Assembly (NCBI RefSeq): GCF_000143415.4
Contig: NW_003314330.1
Span: 774,089 to 838,088, forward strand
Length of the DNA stretch: 64,000 bases
Direction of reading: 5' to 3'
From: Selaginella moellendorffii
Taxonomy: Eukaryota; Plantae; Lycopodiophyta
Part shown: positions 1 through 10,138 of the stretch, one piece after another
Layout: the number at the start of each line of letters is the position of its first letter
Numbering within the stretch: the stretch's first letter is position 1
Translations under genes and position numbers: made by a program
The notes under the pieces: model-generated
Databases searched by the model: none
What the model saw: the letters and a program-made list of their open reading frames with translations, nothing else
What the model was told of the DNA's origin: nothing

Positions 1-302
1 AGAACTTTCGGAGCTCTTGGCACTCACAAATGTTACCCCCCTGAAAGAATTTTTTCTTTGTTTCCCAGAAACTTGGTCAGTTGATCCAAGCTCTATCCTG
101 TTCTAAAAAAAAGGTTGTCATGAACCTATGAAGCACAGATTGATTGTACACACCTCACCAGGTTCTAACTTACCGGGGCTCCATGCTTTCGAAGCGACTG
201 TACAAAGCTTTTCTTTCAGGAAACAAAAGGAAGCGAGAGGCCCTTTTCTTCTTCCAGTCGTAGCTTCACTGTCGTCCAGCAGTGTGTTCGTCGTCGTCGT
301 CG

Positions 303-2499
303 TCAAGTCTCGAGAGGTCCACTCACTGCTGCCTTGATCCTGCTGAGAGCCACCCTTACGGGAACGCAAGCAGCCACAGGCCAGTTCTCTTCCTCAAACT
401 CACGTCCGTTCCAAGCTCTTCCTCCGCCTGTGTTATTCACCCCTATCCCCGTCCCCTGTAAATGTACACCGGGCCTCTGCTCGCTCGCGATCGATGACAG
501 CGTCCTCGTCTTCCTCGACGACGCCACCACCTTCTTCACCAGCCTCTTGGACAGGCTCTCCTTGTGTGGCGCCTTGGCCTTTCTCCGCGAAGAAGAGCTT
601 CCAGCAATCCCTTCTTGTCTAAAACAGGTATCCTGTTCTTCGTCAGACGTACCGCCCTCGATGGCCTCCACAACCACGGGGTATCCAACTACAGCTCGCC
701 TGGTCAGTTTGCTCGCTAGTAGAACCATTGGCACCGACGGCTTCTGGACGATGCTGTCTTTCTCCACTGGAACGTCCAGCCATTCCTCCTGGTACCATGC
801 AGTTTCCTTCTCGGTCTTGATCTGTCCGAGCCTCGAGGGTGGTCTTTTCGCTGTAACCTGTTCCGTGTCACCCGACGCACCTTCGTCGTGCTCCTGCTTT
901 ACAAGAATCCTTCTCGGTGCTGCCCCTGGAAAACGCAAAACTTCATTGGTTAGCAGCAGCACCACCTTTTTTCACGGCTAAAAGACAGACTAAACCTTCT
1001 TCTCGCAGCTTTCTCAAACACCGTCTCGCCCTCTGGTGATCCGTTTCGTACCCTCTTCGTGCGCTTTCAAATAGTTCCTGAAAAGGACAAGTCAGAAATC
1101 GCGGACAGCTGACAAAGAGGCGACTCACATTGCTGAAAAAAAATCTTCCTCTCAGACTTACTTCTTCAGAGGGATGAGATCCATCGCAGCAATCACCGGT
1201 GGCATGACCGGAGAAACTGCAGCAAGTCCTGTCGGCTACACCTGTCGTATTGTTAGAAAAATCCTCTCTGCAACCTTCGGCGACTGAAGAAGTAAATTCC
1301 ACACCCATCCTCTCCAGCCCCCCTACAGCCTGGTTTCCTTCTACAAGAGCATCATCCTCGTCTACTATGTGCATCAGCTCACCGTCACCCGACAGAAACT
1401 TTGCACTGCTTTCCAAAACCTGCGTAAGCGGCCTCCTGCGGTCACGCTTCCTAAGCGATCCTTCCTCCCCTGCCCCGCCAGCCACAGTTCTCTTCCTCTT
1501 TGTAGTAAACGATGGAACTTTAATGCCATTTAATGTTGAGCCCTTCCCACTCTGAGTCACGCAACTCTGGTGATTCTCTATGTTCTCATCGTAGACACTG
1601 GCAGACCTTCTCCCTCTTCCGGCTGTTCGAAGTCCAAAGTCCTGCAATCCCCGCATTCTACGAAGTCCTTCCACCTCGTCCTCGTCGGGGTTCCACTCTT
1701 GCTCTTCTTGCCCCCTACCGGAGGAGGAAAGCCCACCAGAGTTATCGTCCTCTTCTGGATAAACTCGAGAATTCCCCGAATCCGTGTCATCGTCTGATAC
1801 TATCGGTTTTACCACCCGTTTTCGTCGTGATCGTGAGCGTGAGCGTGAACGAGTGCCTTCGACAGTGCTTACTTCCCTCTCCCCGTCATACTGTTCCCTC
1901 TTTCTGTATGCCGAGGACTCCACGAACCCGGACGAGCACTCCAGCTGCTGCCTCTCCAACTCCAAAGCATGGAGAATAGCATCCTCTCGCCGTGCATACT
2001 TCTCCCTCTTCTTGGTTGGCAATCCTGCTACAGCCTTGGCCTTCTCGATGCACTCCTCAAAATCTCCACAGCGGAAAGGCTTCACCCTCTTTGATTTCTC
2101 GATGTTGTACCAATCGCTGGTAAAGACAAACGGTGAGAACCACCATACTATTCTCAACAAGCAAAGCACCAAAGACCATCCAATATCGACCAAGAAAACC
2201 ACGAAAAACCATCCAAGATCAAATTTTTCCGGGAGATGGCACCTCCAAACCAGAAGGAAAAGAAAGATCATCCAAGCAAGCATGGCAAAGCAAAATGTAG
2301 GTTCTTACACGCTGCCGTCCTCCCTCCCGAGAAGCTTGACGGGAGTCCCCGATCTGGGTGAGAGGAGATTCGCTGTAGAGAGCTCGGAGTCCGAGATAAT
2401 TCTCCCCGGCCACCACGATCCATTCCTGCGCCTCACCCATACAATCGTGCCTACTGCTGTATCTACATTCGTGTAAGAATCCCTGGAAGAGCCACCCAT
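303..2499 (-). CDS. PWO: PWWP-domain protein, PWO (PWWP interactor of Polycombs) family; exons 2499-2309, 2116-1162, 1077-996, 925-303
   Basis: Spliced N-terminus VGTIVWVRRRNGSWWPGRI...GTPVKLLGREDGSV|DWYNIEKSKRVKPFRCG...KYARREDAILHALELE is the PWO PWWP signature. C-terminal VACVPVRVALSRIKAAV matches the PWO C-motif. Three GT-AG introns join the ORF pieces in frame. Start codon uncertain (2499 or 2508). Confidence 0.88.
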
Positions 2500-2822
2500 T
2501 CTGGGCATGCGTTGGCTTGACCCTTCCCGATCTCTCACCTACAGCGACAATCCCGCCTTGAGATTCCGGAGGAGGCTGAGGAGCTCATCCAGGCGCTGGA
2601 ACTGCATTGAATTGTCGCAAATCCGCGCGCTCTTGCCATGGGGGAGAGAGATCGACAAGGCCCGCGACATGAATTCCCGATCCGGGTCGCGATTCTTGCG
2701 CCACACACCTGCTGCCGCCTTGGCATCGTCGTCAGCGGATTCCGATCCAGCGCCGCGGCGGCGCCACGAGCCAGAACGTCGCAGCGCCCTCACGCGCCAT
2801 AGCTAGAGCTCCTTCCGCGCCA

Positions 2823-2837
2823 AAACCCTAACCCTAG
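2823..2837 (+). promoter_or_regulatory. Telobox (AAACCCTA) followed by ACCCTAG, upstream of the PWO gene
   Basis: Exact AAACCCTA at 2823-2830, near GCC repeats at 2879-2925. Confidence 0.45.
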
Positions 2838-2991
2838 AATTGTCTTCATCATCGTCAACACCCCACGCGACCTCTCTCCGCCGCTCCGCCGCCGCCAATT
2901 TTACCTCCACCGCCGCCGCCGCCACCAGCGGGGATTCCACGTGGTTGCCCTAATATTTTCTTTTCTTTTTGCCACGTAGTTTTCTATATAT

Positions 2992-3327
2992 ATGGGTTCT
3001 TTGCAAATCAAACCTAAGGAAATGGACGATGAATACAATCATTTTACTGATGATTCGGAGGATGAAATCCATGAGGATGAGGAGGATGAGGATCTCCTCG
3101 CTATGCAATTCGAAGATGCTTATTCCACCCACGACACTGGAGTTACGCTTACAGATCCAACACAAATTCTCCAGCACCAAATTCTAATCCTTCAGAATCG
3201 CTTGGAAAGCCTCGAGAAATTCGTGGAGCGATTAATTTGGCTGGTCGTTCTTGGCTTGTTAGCCTACATCGTTATAGGTGGGATGTGGCGCCATATTTCA
3301 ATCGCTACTTCTACTGGACGTGAATAA
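2992..3327 (+). CDS. Hypothetical small protein: acidic N-terminus, short coiled coil, C-terminal transmembrane helix
   Basis: 111-aa ORF with DDSEDEIHEDEEDED, heptad-like LQHQILILQNRLESLEKFV and TM LIWLVVLGLLAYIVIGGM. No family recognised. Confidence 0.45.
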   Translation: MGSLQIKPKEMDDEYNHFTDDSEDEIHEDEEDEDLLAMQFEDAYSTHDTGVTLTDPTQILQHQILILQNRLESLEKFVERLIWLVVLGLLAYIVIGGMWRHISIATSTGRE

Positions 3328-3598
3328 CTATGATTGGCCGATAATTCATTTATCAAGCTCAACACTTTTCACTTTTGTTCCTAGATTCCTCCTCGTACAA
3401 GGATGGATTGATGGATGTAGCATGAAGGGTGGCAAGAAGTGAATCTAGATTTACTCCTCAACCATGTAATAAACAATTGTCTCTAAATCCATCATTAACA
3501 CGAATGATTATTTAAAGAGATTTGAACTACGCATATTCGCGGAATAGTTTTGCGCGCTTCATAGTTTTAAAAACGAAGGAAAGGTTTGAGAATGAGAA

Positions 3599-6088
3599 AT
3601 GGTGGATGCGGTTGTCTACAAGGGCCAGATCGCGTCGGAATCGATCATCGAGCAAGACCGGCTCGCGAGGCTTGTGAAATCTTGCAAGAATCTCGCAAGC
3701 GCCAGGCGAATCCACGCCCAGATCGCCGCGAACAAGCATGCCAGGGACAATCGTTACCTCGCGAATCTCCTCGTGGAGATGTATGCCAAGTGTGGGAGCC
3801 TGGACGATGCCAGGAACACGTTCCTCGCGATCCGGGAGCCCAATGTCTTCTCCTACAACATCGCCATCGCGGCGCTCGTCCGGGGCGGCGATCTGGCGGC
3901 GGCGCGAGAGATCTTCGACGCGATGCCGGAGAGGGCGACGGCGTCCTTCAACACGATGCTCCAGGGGTACGCGCAGAGGGGGGAAATCGCGAGCGCGGAG
4001 AGATTGTTCGCGGAGATCCCATCGCCGGACATTGTCTCGTGGAATTCGATGATAAGCATGTTTGCACAGGACAGGGATCTTGAGCGCGCGCAGCGGCTCT
4101 TTGACGCGATCCCGGAGAGAGATGCGCTCTCTGCGACGTCGATGATGCTCGCGTACTCCAATTGTGGGCAAGTTGATCTCGCCGAAGATCTCTACTGCTC
4201 TACTCCAGTTTGGGACGTGCTAATGGGTAACACCATAACATCTTGCTATGCCCAACATGAAAAATCTTTAGATGCTCAAAGAATCTTTGACACTATGCCC
4301 GAATGGGACATAATCTCTTGGAACAGCTTACTATCAGCAAATGCCCAAACTGGGAATTTTTTGTGCACTTGTCAAAAGTTTGACACTATGCCAAAGCATA
4401 ACCTAGTAACATGGAACACCCTAATAACCGCTAGTACGTATTCTGGTAACGTCGAATATGCTGAAGAACTGTTTCAAAGAATGCCCGAGCGTGATGAGGT
4501 AACTTGGAATGCTATGTTATCTGCATATGCCCATAACCGGCATCTGGAAGAAGCAAAACGTTTCTTCGAAGAGATGCCCTCAAAGAATGTGGTTGCGTGG
4601 AACACCATCATGCATGCTTACGTCGAAGAGGGTAAGCTTGATGAGGTAAAGGGATTGTTTGAGAGAATGCCTTCTCGAAATGCCGCTACTTGGACGTGCT
4701 TAATCGAAGCAAATGCCGGTAATGGGCACCTGGAAGATGCTCAGTCTGTCTTTGACAATATGCCAGAAAGAAACGTTGTGACATGGACGAGTCTGGTGGC
4801 AGCTTATCTATCAAACGGAAATTTAGGTGGCGGAAAAAAGGTGTTTGATAGCATGCCTGAAAGGAATGAGATCTCTTGGACAACAATCATAGTAGCGCTT
4901 GCCAAGAATGGGGATTTGGATCAGGCCAAGGATCTGTACGACCGGAGCCCGGCCAAAGACCTCGTGGCCCAAAATGCGATGGTGGCAGCGTATGCACGGT
5001 ACGGAAGGCTCGAAGATGCAACGAAGTTCTTTGATTCAATGCCTGAGAAAGACGTGACAACGTGGAATGCTCTGATGTCTGGCTACAAGAAGGAAGGGCT
5101 TTTGAAAGAGGCCGAGGAATTGTTTTCGAGAATTCCAAAGGGCGATGGAGTGTCATGGAACTTGATGTTGGCAGCTTACTCGCAGTGTAAGGGTCTAGAC
5201 AAGGCAAAGGAGATGTTTGATCGAATGCCCGAGAAAGATCTCTTCTCCTGGAACTCCATGATGGCCGCTTACTCCCAAAACGCTGGAATCGAAAATGTGA
5301 AAGACATCTTTGAGAAGATGCCATGCCGGGACACGGTGTCCTGGAACTGTATGATTCAAGCATATGCTCAAAGGTCTCAGCTAGAAGAGGCTTGCCAGGT
5401 ATTTGATGCCATGCCGGAGTTTCTCAAGGACGAGTTCTCGTGGACTTTGATGATCTCTGCGTTCTCCCAAGAAACAAAGATTGAGCAGGCCAAGCAAACG
5501 TTTGATTCCATGCCAAACAAGAATGTAGTGGCGTGGACGTCAATCGTGACTGCTTATGCCGACAATGGTCGAGTTTGCGGGGCCAAGAAACTCTTTGATT
5601 CCATGCCTAGAAAGGATTTGTGCTCGTGGAATGTGGTTGCTTCCATGTATGCTCGCTATGGTTTTTGTAGGGAAGCCATCGAGATCTTTAAGATCATGTG
5701 TTTGGAAGGATTTGATCCGGATGGAAAGACTTACGTGATTGTTCTTGCTGCTTGCTCCCACATTGGTCTAGTTCGCGAGGGTCTGCAAAAGTTTACATGC
5801 ATGGAGATGGATCATGGCATTCTGCCGCAAAAGGATCACTACAGAGCGCTTGCTGCGAGCTTTGGACGAGCAGGAGAGCTGAGGAACGCGAAAGACTTAA
5901 CGGTGGCCATGGATGATCCCGATGGACAGGCCTGGAGAGCGTTTCTCGGAGCTTGCTCTGTTCACTTTGATGTTCGGCACGGGGTTTCTGCTGCAAAACA
6001 TGCGCTTGTGGTAGGACCTGAAGCTGGCTCTGCTTACATTCTTCTTTCAAACACTCTGGCCTTGGAAAACACATTAAAAACAAGCTAG
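3599..6088 (+). CDS. PLS-class PPR protein dominated by 31-aa S/SS motifs, ending in a truncated E domain (no DYW); probable organellar RNA-editing factor
   Basis: Intronless 829-aa ORF with about 20 repeats such as PERNVVTWTSLVAAYLSNGNLGGGKKVFDSM, then VLAACSHIGLV...WRAFLGACSVH...AYILLSN and stop. Confidence 0.95.
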   Translation: MVDAVVYKGQIASESIIEQDRLARLVKSCKNLASARRIHAQIAANKHARDNRYLANLLVEMYAKCGSLDDARNTFLAIREPNVFSYNIAIAALVRGGDLAAAREIFDAMPERATASFNTMLQGYAQRGEIASAERLFAEIPSPDIVSWNSMISMFAQDRDLERAQRLFDAIPERDALSATSMMLAYSNCGQVDLAEDLYCSTPVWDVLMGNTITSCYAQHEKSLDAQRIFDTMPEWDIISWNSLLSANAQTGNFLCTCQKFDTMPKHNLVTWNTLITASTYSGNVEYAEELFQRMPERDEVTWNAMLSAYAHNRHLEEAKRFFEEMPSKNVVAWNTIMHAYVEEGKLDEVKGLFERMPSRNAATWTCLIEANAGNGHLEDAQSVFDNMPERNVVTWTSLVAAYLSNGNLGGGKKVFDSMPERNEISWTTIIVALAKNGDLDQAKDLYDRSPAKDLVAQNAMVAAYARYGRLEDATKFFDSMPEKDVTTWNALMSGYKKEGLLKEAEELFSRIPKGDGVSWNLMLAAYSQCKGLDKAKEMFDRMPEKDLFSWNSMMAAYSQNAGIENVKDIFEKMPCRDTVSWNCMIQAYAQRSQLEEACQVFDAMPEFLKDEFSWTLMISAFSQETKIEQAKQTFDSMPNKNVVAWTSIVTAYADNGRVCGAKKLFDSMPRKDLCSWNVVASMYARYGFCREAIEIFKIMCLEGFDPDGKTYVIVLAACSHIGLVREGLQKFTCMEMDHGILPQKDHYRALAASFGRAGELRNAKDLTVAMDDPDGQAWRAFLGACSVHFDVRHGVSAAKHALVVGPEAGSAYILLSNTLALENTLKTS

Positions 6089-6140
6089 AAAAGTTGTATA
6101 CTAATTTTAAGTGAATCCATCGCAGTTTAGGTTTGTAATC

Positions 6141-7880
6141 ATGGATTTGGGACACGCTCGACTATGGCGAGAGCTCGAGGATATCGAGAGGGAGCCGCTG
6201 GAAGGAATTCGTATCCACATCCATGATGGTAGTAACTTACAGCATATGTGTTTGGTTTTATCGCCCATTAGTGGTCCATTTGCGGGTCACAGGTTTCACT
6301 TGGATGTCCGTATTCCGAAATCCTATCCCGATCATCCTCCAAGGGTGACCATGCAATCCATGATCTGCCACCCTAATATCACCAGTGGCAATGTTCGTTG
6401 TGATGGTTTCGATTCGGAGTACACTCCCGCTTATAGGCTCAAGTACTTGTTCCTCCAGCTCTTGTGCTTGGTCTCGAGTGATTTCATCGCAAAGCGGGAA
6501 TCGGAACCCTATGACATGGTGGAGTATGCTGCAAAAGATTTGAGCTGGATGAACTGCAAGTACTATTGTGGGATTTGTGGGTTTTTCGATCAGGATCTCC
6601 CGGCTTTGAATCCGATAGATACGACTACAAAGGTGGCGGAGGAGAAAGTTGGTGGTATTTCAAGTGACCAGGCAGGAGAATCCGCGCATTCTTTGCTTGA
6701 AAAGCTGGATGATGATACTATGAGAGGGGTTTTGAGCAAAGTTAACGACCAGGCCATTATACAGTTGACGGTTGCATACGGGAGTATGAAAGAGTTTATG
6801 GAATCCAACAATGTGTTGCTCGAGAGGAATCTCTTCTGTTCCTACACACGCAAGTCTTTTGAGGAGGACGGGACCGTTCTGGGCCTCCGGATGGATTTCG
6901 AGAAAAATATTGTCACGGAGTTTGATCCCATCTCCTACGAGGCCTACTTCCAGAAGAACACCGGGAACTTTCTCCCACTGGCCNNNNNNNNNNNNNNNNN
7001 NNNNNNNNNNNNNNNNNNNNNNNNNNNNNNNNNNNNNNNNNNNNNNNNNNNNNNNNNNNNNNNNNNNNNNNNNNNNNNNNNNNNNNNNNNNNNNNNNNNN
7101 NNNNNNNNNNNNNNNNNNNNNNNNNNNNNNNNNNNNNNNNNNNNNNNNNNNNNNNNNNNNNNNNNNNNNNNNNNNNNNNNNNNCTTATGGAAGCTAACCA
7201 AGGAAGATCCGGCCCTGGCTCTCGAAATCCGCTCCAAGATCGACCAATTTACAAAAGATATCAAGTCCCGAGCAAGAGATTCGAATCCAAACCTGGGAGC
7301 CTTCCTCATGTATGCGCTGGTGGATCCGGAGGTGGATTGTAGCAAGCTCGGTGGCCTCGTCCTCAAGGAGATCCTCACGAGGAACGCACTCGCATATCTA
7401 AAGAAACATCCACACCTCGCGTATGTGGAGCCAAGCGACTATAACTCGGAGATACGACTCCAGCAAACGTTCCAGGTGTGCTCCGCCACCCTCAAAGCCC
7501 TGGTCTTCCAGGTCAACTTTGTTCATCTGGCCAAGACCGTTGACCCCGTGGAGCTGGATCGAAGGTATGGCTTCCCGGCAGAGGATGTGAGCACCAAGCT
7601 CCTCAAGCTCGCGAGAGACGCTGCGGCAGTGGAGAGCTGGAGTGATTTCCTCGCGCAGCTGAAAATCCCGGCCACCACCCGCAATGTTCTCGATCTCTTG
7701 AAGGCTACCATGAAGGCGAGCGAGAAGAATGGATACCATCGAGTTCCATACTCGCAGAACGAACTCTATTTGCTACGGAGTAAAGTGGAGCCGTCTTGTC
7801 CGGAGCCGGAGGCGTTCACGAGGCCTCGCAAGGTCTCTCGCAAGAAATACAGCTTCAAGCCGCTCAAACAGAAGAAGTAG
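6141..7880 (+). CDS. Ubiquitin-conjugating (UBC/E2) domain protein with long C-terminal extension; spans an assembly gap
   Basis: RLWRELEDIE...SGPFAGHRFHLDVRIPKSYPDHPPRV...HPNI...YTPAYRLKYLFLQL is a UBC fold. First ATG at 6141. Frame across the N gap is unverified. Confidence 0.8.
   Translation: MDLGHARLWRELEDIEREPLEGIRIHIHDGSNLQHMCLVLSPISGPFAGHRFHLDVRIPKSYPDHPPRVTMQSMICHPNITSGNVRCDGFDSEYTPAYRLKYLFLQLLCLVSSDFIAKRESEPYDMVEYAAKDLSWMNCKYYCGICGFFDQDLPALNPIDTTTKVAEEKVGGISSDQAGESAHSLLEKLDDDTMRGVLSKVNDQAIIQLTVAYGSMKEFMESNNVLLERNLFCSYTRKSFEEDGTVLGLRMDFEKNIVTEFDPISYEAYFQKNTGNFLPLAXXXXXXXXXXXXXXXXXXXXXXXXXXXXXXXXXXXXXXXXXXXXXXXXXXXXXXXXXXXXXXXXXXXLWKLTKEDPALALEIRSKIDQFTKDIKSRARDSNPNLGAFLMYALVDPEVDCSKLGGLVLKEILTRNALAYLKKHPHLAYVEPSDYNSEIRLQQTFQVCSATLKALVFQVNFVHLAKTVDPVELDRRYGFPAEDVSTKLLKLARDAAAVESWSDFLAQLKIPATTRNVLDLLKATMKASEKNGYHRVPYSQNELYLLRSKVEPSCPEPEAFTRPRKVSRKKYSFKPLKQKK
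6984..7183. other. Assembly gap (200 N)
   Basis: Run of N. Confidence 1.
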
Positions 7881-8380
7881 TCATTGCTACAAGGTGAGCT
7901 TCGCATCAAACTCTCTTTCCTGTTAAATGTTTGCAATCTCAAAACCTTAGTTGCCATCTTAAACGTGTGATCACTTCTTTCAAACCAATAGGAACCAAGT
8001 TTCGCATAAAAGGCAAAGTTTTCCATTAAAATGGTTTTTTCCGTGTGTCAACTACAGTGGGAAGAATGTTCCTGATAGAAAAACCCAAAGAATGTCCGCA
8101 TAGAAGGAAAAGAAAAAAAAGGTACAGAAGACATATATCGTCAGCGAAAGAGGCGACAACCACCACCAGCACCAGCACCGGAAATTTTTGGACATGCCAG
8201 GTATGAATAGTTTCATCACGTTGCACGAAATATAGTCCGGACATCGTGCCAAGAACAAGTTATTCTTTTCGCTTTGAGGATTTCCAAGGGATGGCAAGGA
8301 AAAATGGAGAGAGTGGATGCAAAAGTCTAGACGTAACAGGAGGAAAATGCGAGCGAGCCTGCCGCCTGTGATCCAGAAAG

Positions 8381-9943
8381 ATGTTAGTTCTAGACGGAGC
8401 TCTGGAAGAAGAGAGAGCTCCATCACCACTTCGAAGCAAAGATGGAGAAGAAATGTTCAAGGTACCTTTGTTCGCCAATCTCTCAGCGCAGCAGCGGATC
8501 ATCTTCTCAGCCAGCAGCAACAATTCAGCCAGGCGCTGCAGCGAGGCAGCGAGAGTTCTCCTCGGGAATGCAAGTCCTTCACAGCTGCAGGAGGCGAGTA
8601 GCTTTGGTGAGAATCAAAACTTCAAAGCTCCTGGCTCGGTACCTTTCAAATGGGAAGAACAACCCGGTAAGCCGAAGTCGCCGTCTTCGCTGAGCTACTC
8701 GAGCTCTCCCGGGAGCTCTCCACTGTCGTTTCTCCAGCCACCTCCTTGCCTTTCGATCGGAAGAACTCAGCAGCAGCAAGGACTGTCTCCTCGGCTCGCG
8801 GAGAGGATCAAAAACATCCTCCAGCTGCGTCTAGCTTCACCACTTCGATCGCCAATCTCACTCTCCAAGGACTCAAACTCCGCCGGAGAGATGAGATCTT
8901 CTCCAGTGAGTATACTCGATGCCAGCGTCTTTGGAGCCAGTCCAGAGTCGTATAGCTCGTCGTCACCGAGTAAAAGGTGTTCGTCGTCCTCAGCAGCGTC
9001 CTCGAGGGCTAACTTCCTGGAGCATCACGCCGTGGAGTCTCCGCTGAGCAGTGGAAGATTTAAGAAGCAGCTGAGTCTAGAGATCTGGGACCGGTCTTTG
9101 AGAGAGTCGTCCTCGTCGTCCACGGGCTGTGGTTTCTTCAAGAACATGCTGGGATGCTGGAAGCTGCAGCACAAGCTCGTCGACCATGACACTTGTCGTG
9201 GTTCTTCGCTGGAGAATTATCGCGAGCAGCACCACCAAGATTTCTCCAGCAGTGATCATGTCTTAGGAGGCGAGTTTGAGAGCTTCAAGGAGAGATCATA
9301 CGACGACGACGTCGACTGCGGCGGCGGGAGCTCCGAGTTTGATCACCAAAGCCGGTGTTTCTACGACGAAGTCGAAGCTCTAGAGATGGCTGAGGCCGAG
9401 ATGAAGCAACCGGCCGACGAAGTTCATGCTGTCGACGATGGAAAGTTTGCGACGTTTCCAGTCTCGGCGGCCTTCGTCTTCTCCAAGCCAGCGTTGAAAA
9501 AGAGTGGCGTGGTGGCCGATCGGAAGTTGTCCAAGAGAGTGAGGTTTCTCATCGAGGACTACTCGAGCGACGATAACAACGAGCCGCGAGAGAAGAGCGC
9601 CAAGAACAAGGCTGACGATATGTTTGACGACGCAATCTCCACCGAGGACGAAGGCTTCCAGCGGCCTGTACGATCAGTCATAAGGAGGAGGAAGAAGAAG
9701 AACTTGAATTCGAGTACCTCCAAGTTTCTACACTCTCCTCAGAGTCTAGAAGAGATCTCGATATCTCCAGGAGCTCAAGCGACGTTGGCCAGGTATGGAT
9801 CGTTCGAGAAAGCCTCGAGGGAGACTTTCCATGCCATCGCCACCTTCGACTTAGATGCTGTGGACTCGTCACCTGATCTTCAACCCATGAAAGATGTAGC
9901 TCAAAGGCCACCTCCCGGTGGTGTTCTTCGATTCACAGGATAA
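8381..9943 (+). CDS. Ser-rich, largely disordered DUF688-like protein
   Basis: Intronless 520-aa ORF with PGSVPFKWEEQPGKPK (DUF688 motif) and basic RRRKKK cluster. Confidence 0.75.
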   Translation: MLVLDGALEEERAPSPLRSKDGEEMFKVPLFANLSAQQRIIFSASSNNSARRCSEAARVLLGNASPSQLQEASSFGENQNFKAPGSVPFKWEEQPGKPKSPSSLSYSSSPGSSPLSFLQPPPCLSIGRTQQQQGLSPRLAERIKNILQLRLASPLRSPISLSKDSNSAGEMRSSPVSILDASVFGASPESYSSSSPSKRCSSSSAASSRANFLEHHAVESPLSSGRFKKQLSLEIWDRSLRESSSSSTGCGFFKNMLGCWKLQHKLVDHDTCRGSSLENYREQHHQDFSSSDHVLGGEFESFKERSYDDDVDCGGGSSEFDHQSRCFYDEVEALEMAEAEMKQPADEVHAVDDGKFATFPVSAAFVFSKPALKKSGVVADRKLSKRVRFLIEDYSSDDNNEPREKSAKNKADDMFDDAISTEDEGFQRPVRSVIRRRKKKNLNSSTSKFLHSPQSLEEISISPGAQATLARYGSFEKASRETFHAIATFDLDAVDSSPDLQPMKDVAQRPPPGGVLRFTG

Positions 9944-10138
9944 ACATTCGCTACAAGTAAATCATAGTTTCTTGTGTTTCGACACATGCGTAAGCCTGTG
10001 CATGAAACATTATTAGTAACACAGCTGAGAATGATCTTCTCGCCAATATCAAATAAGCAAAAAACTGTATACCCGTCGCCAATACCAACAAAACTTGAAG
10101 CAGACCGAATCTCTGTACAGCTACGCCCTCCCCGAACT

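Noticed and set aside
2117-2283. Hydrophobic N-terminus of ORF 943-2283 resembling a membrane anchor
   Set aside because: It is translated intron 1 of the PWO gene.
334-2476. Plus-strand ORFs 334-981 and 1784-2476
   Set aside because: Antisense shadows of the PWO gene.
6984-7183. In-frame continuity across the N run
   Set aside because: Gap length is an estimate, so frame agreement is not evidence.
3599-7880. PPR-UBC fusion protein
   Set aside because: Stop at 6088, different frames, no convincing splice path.
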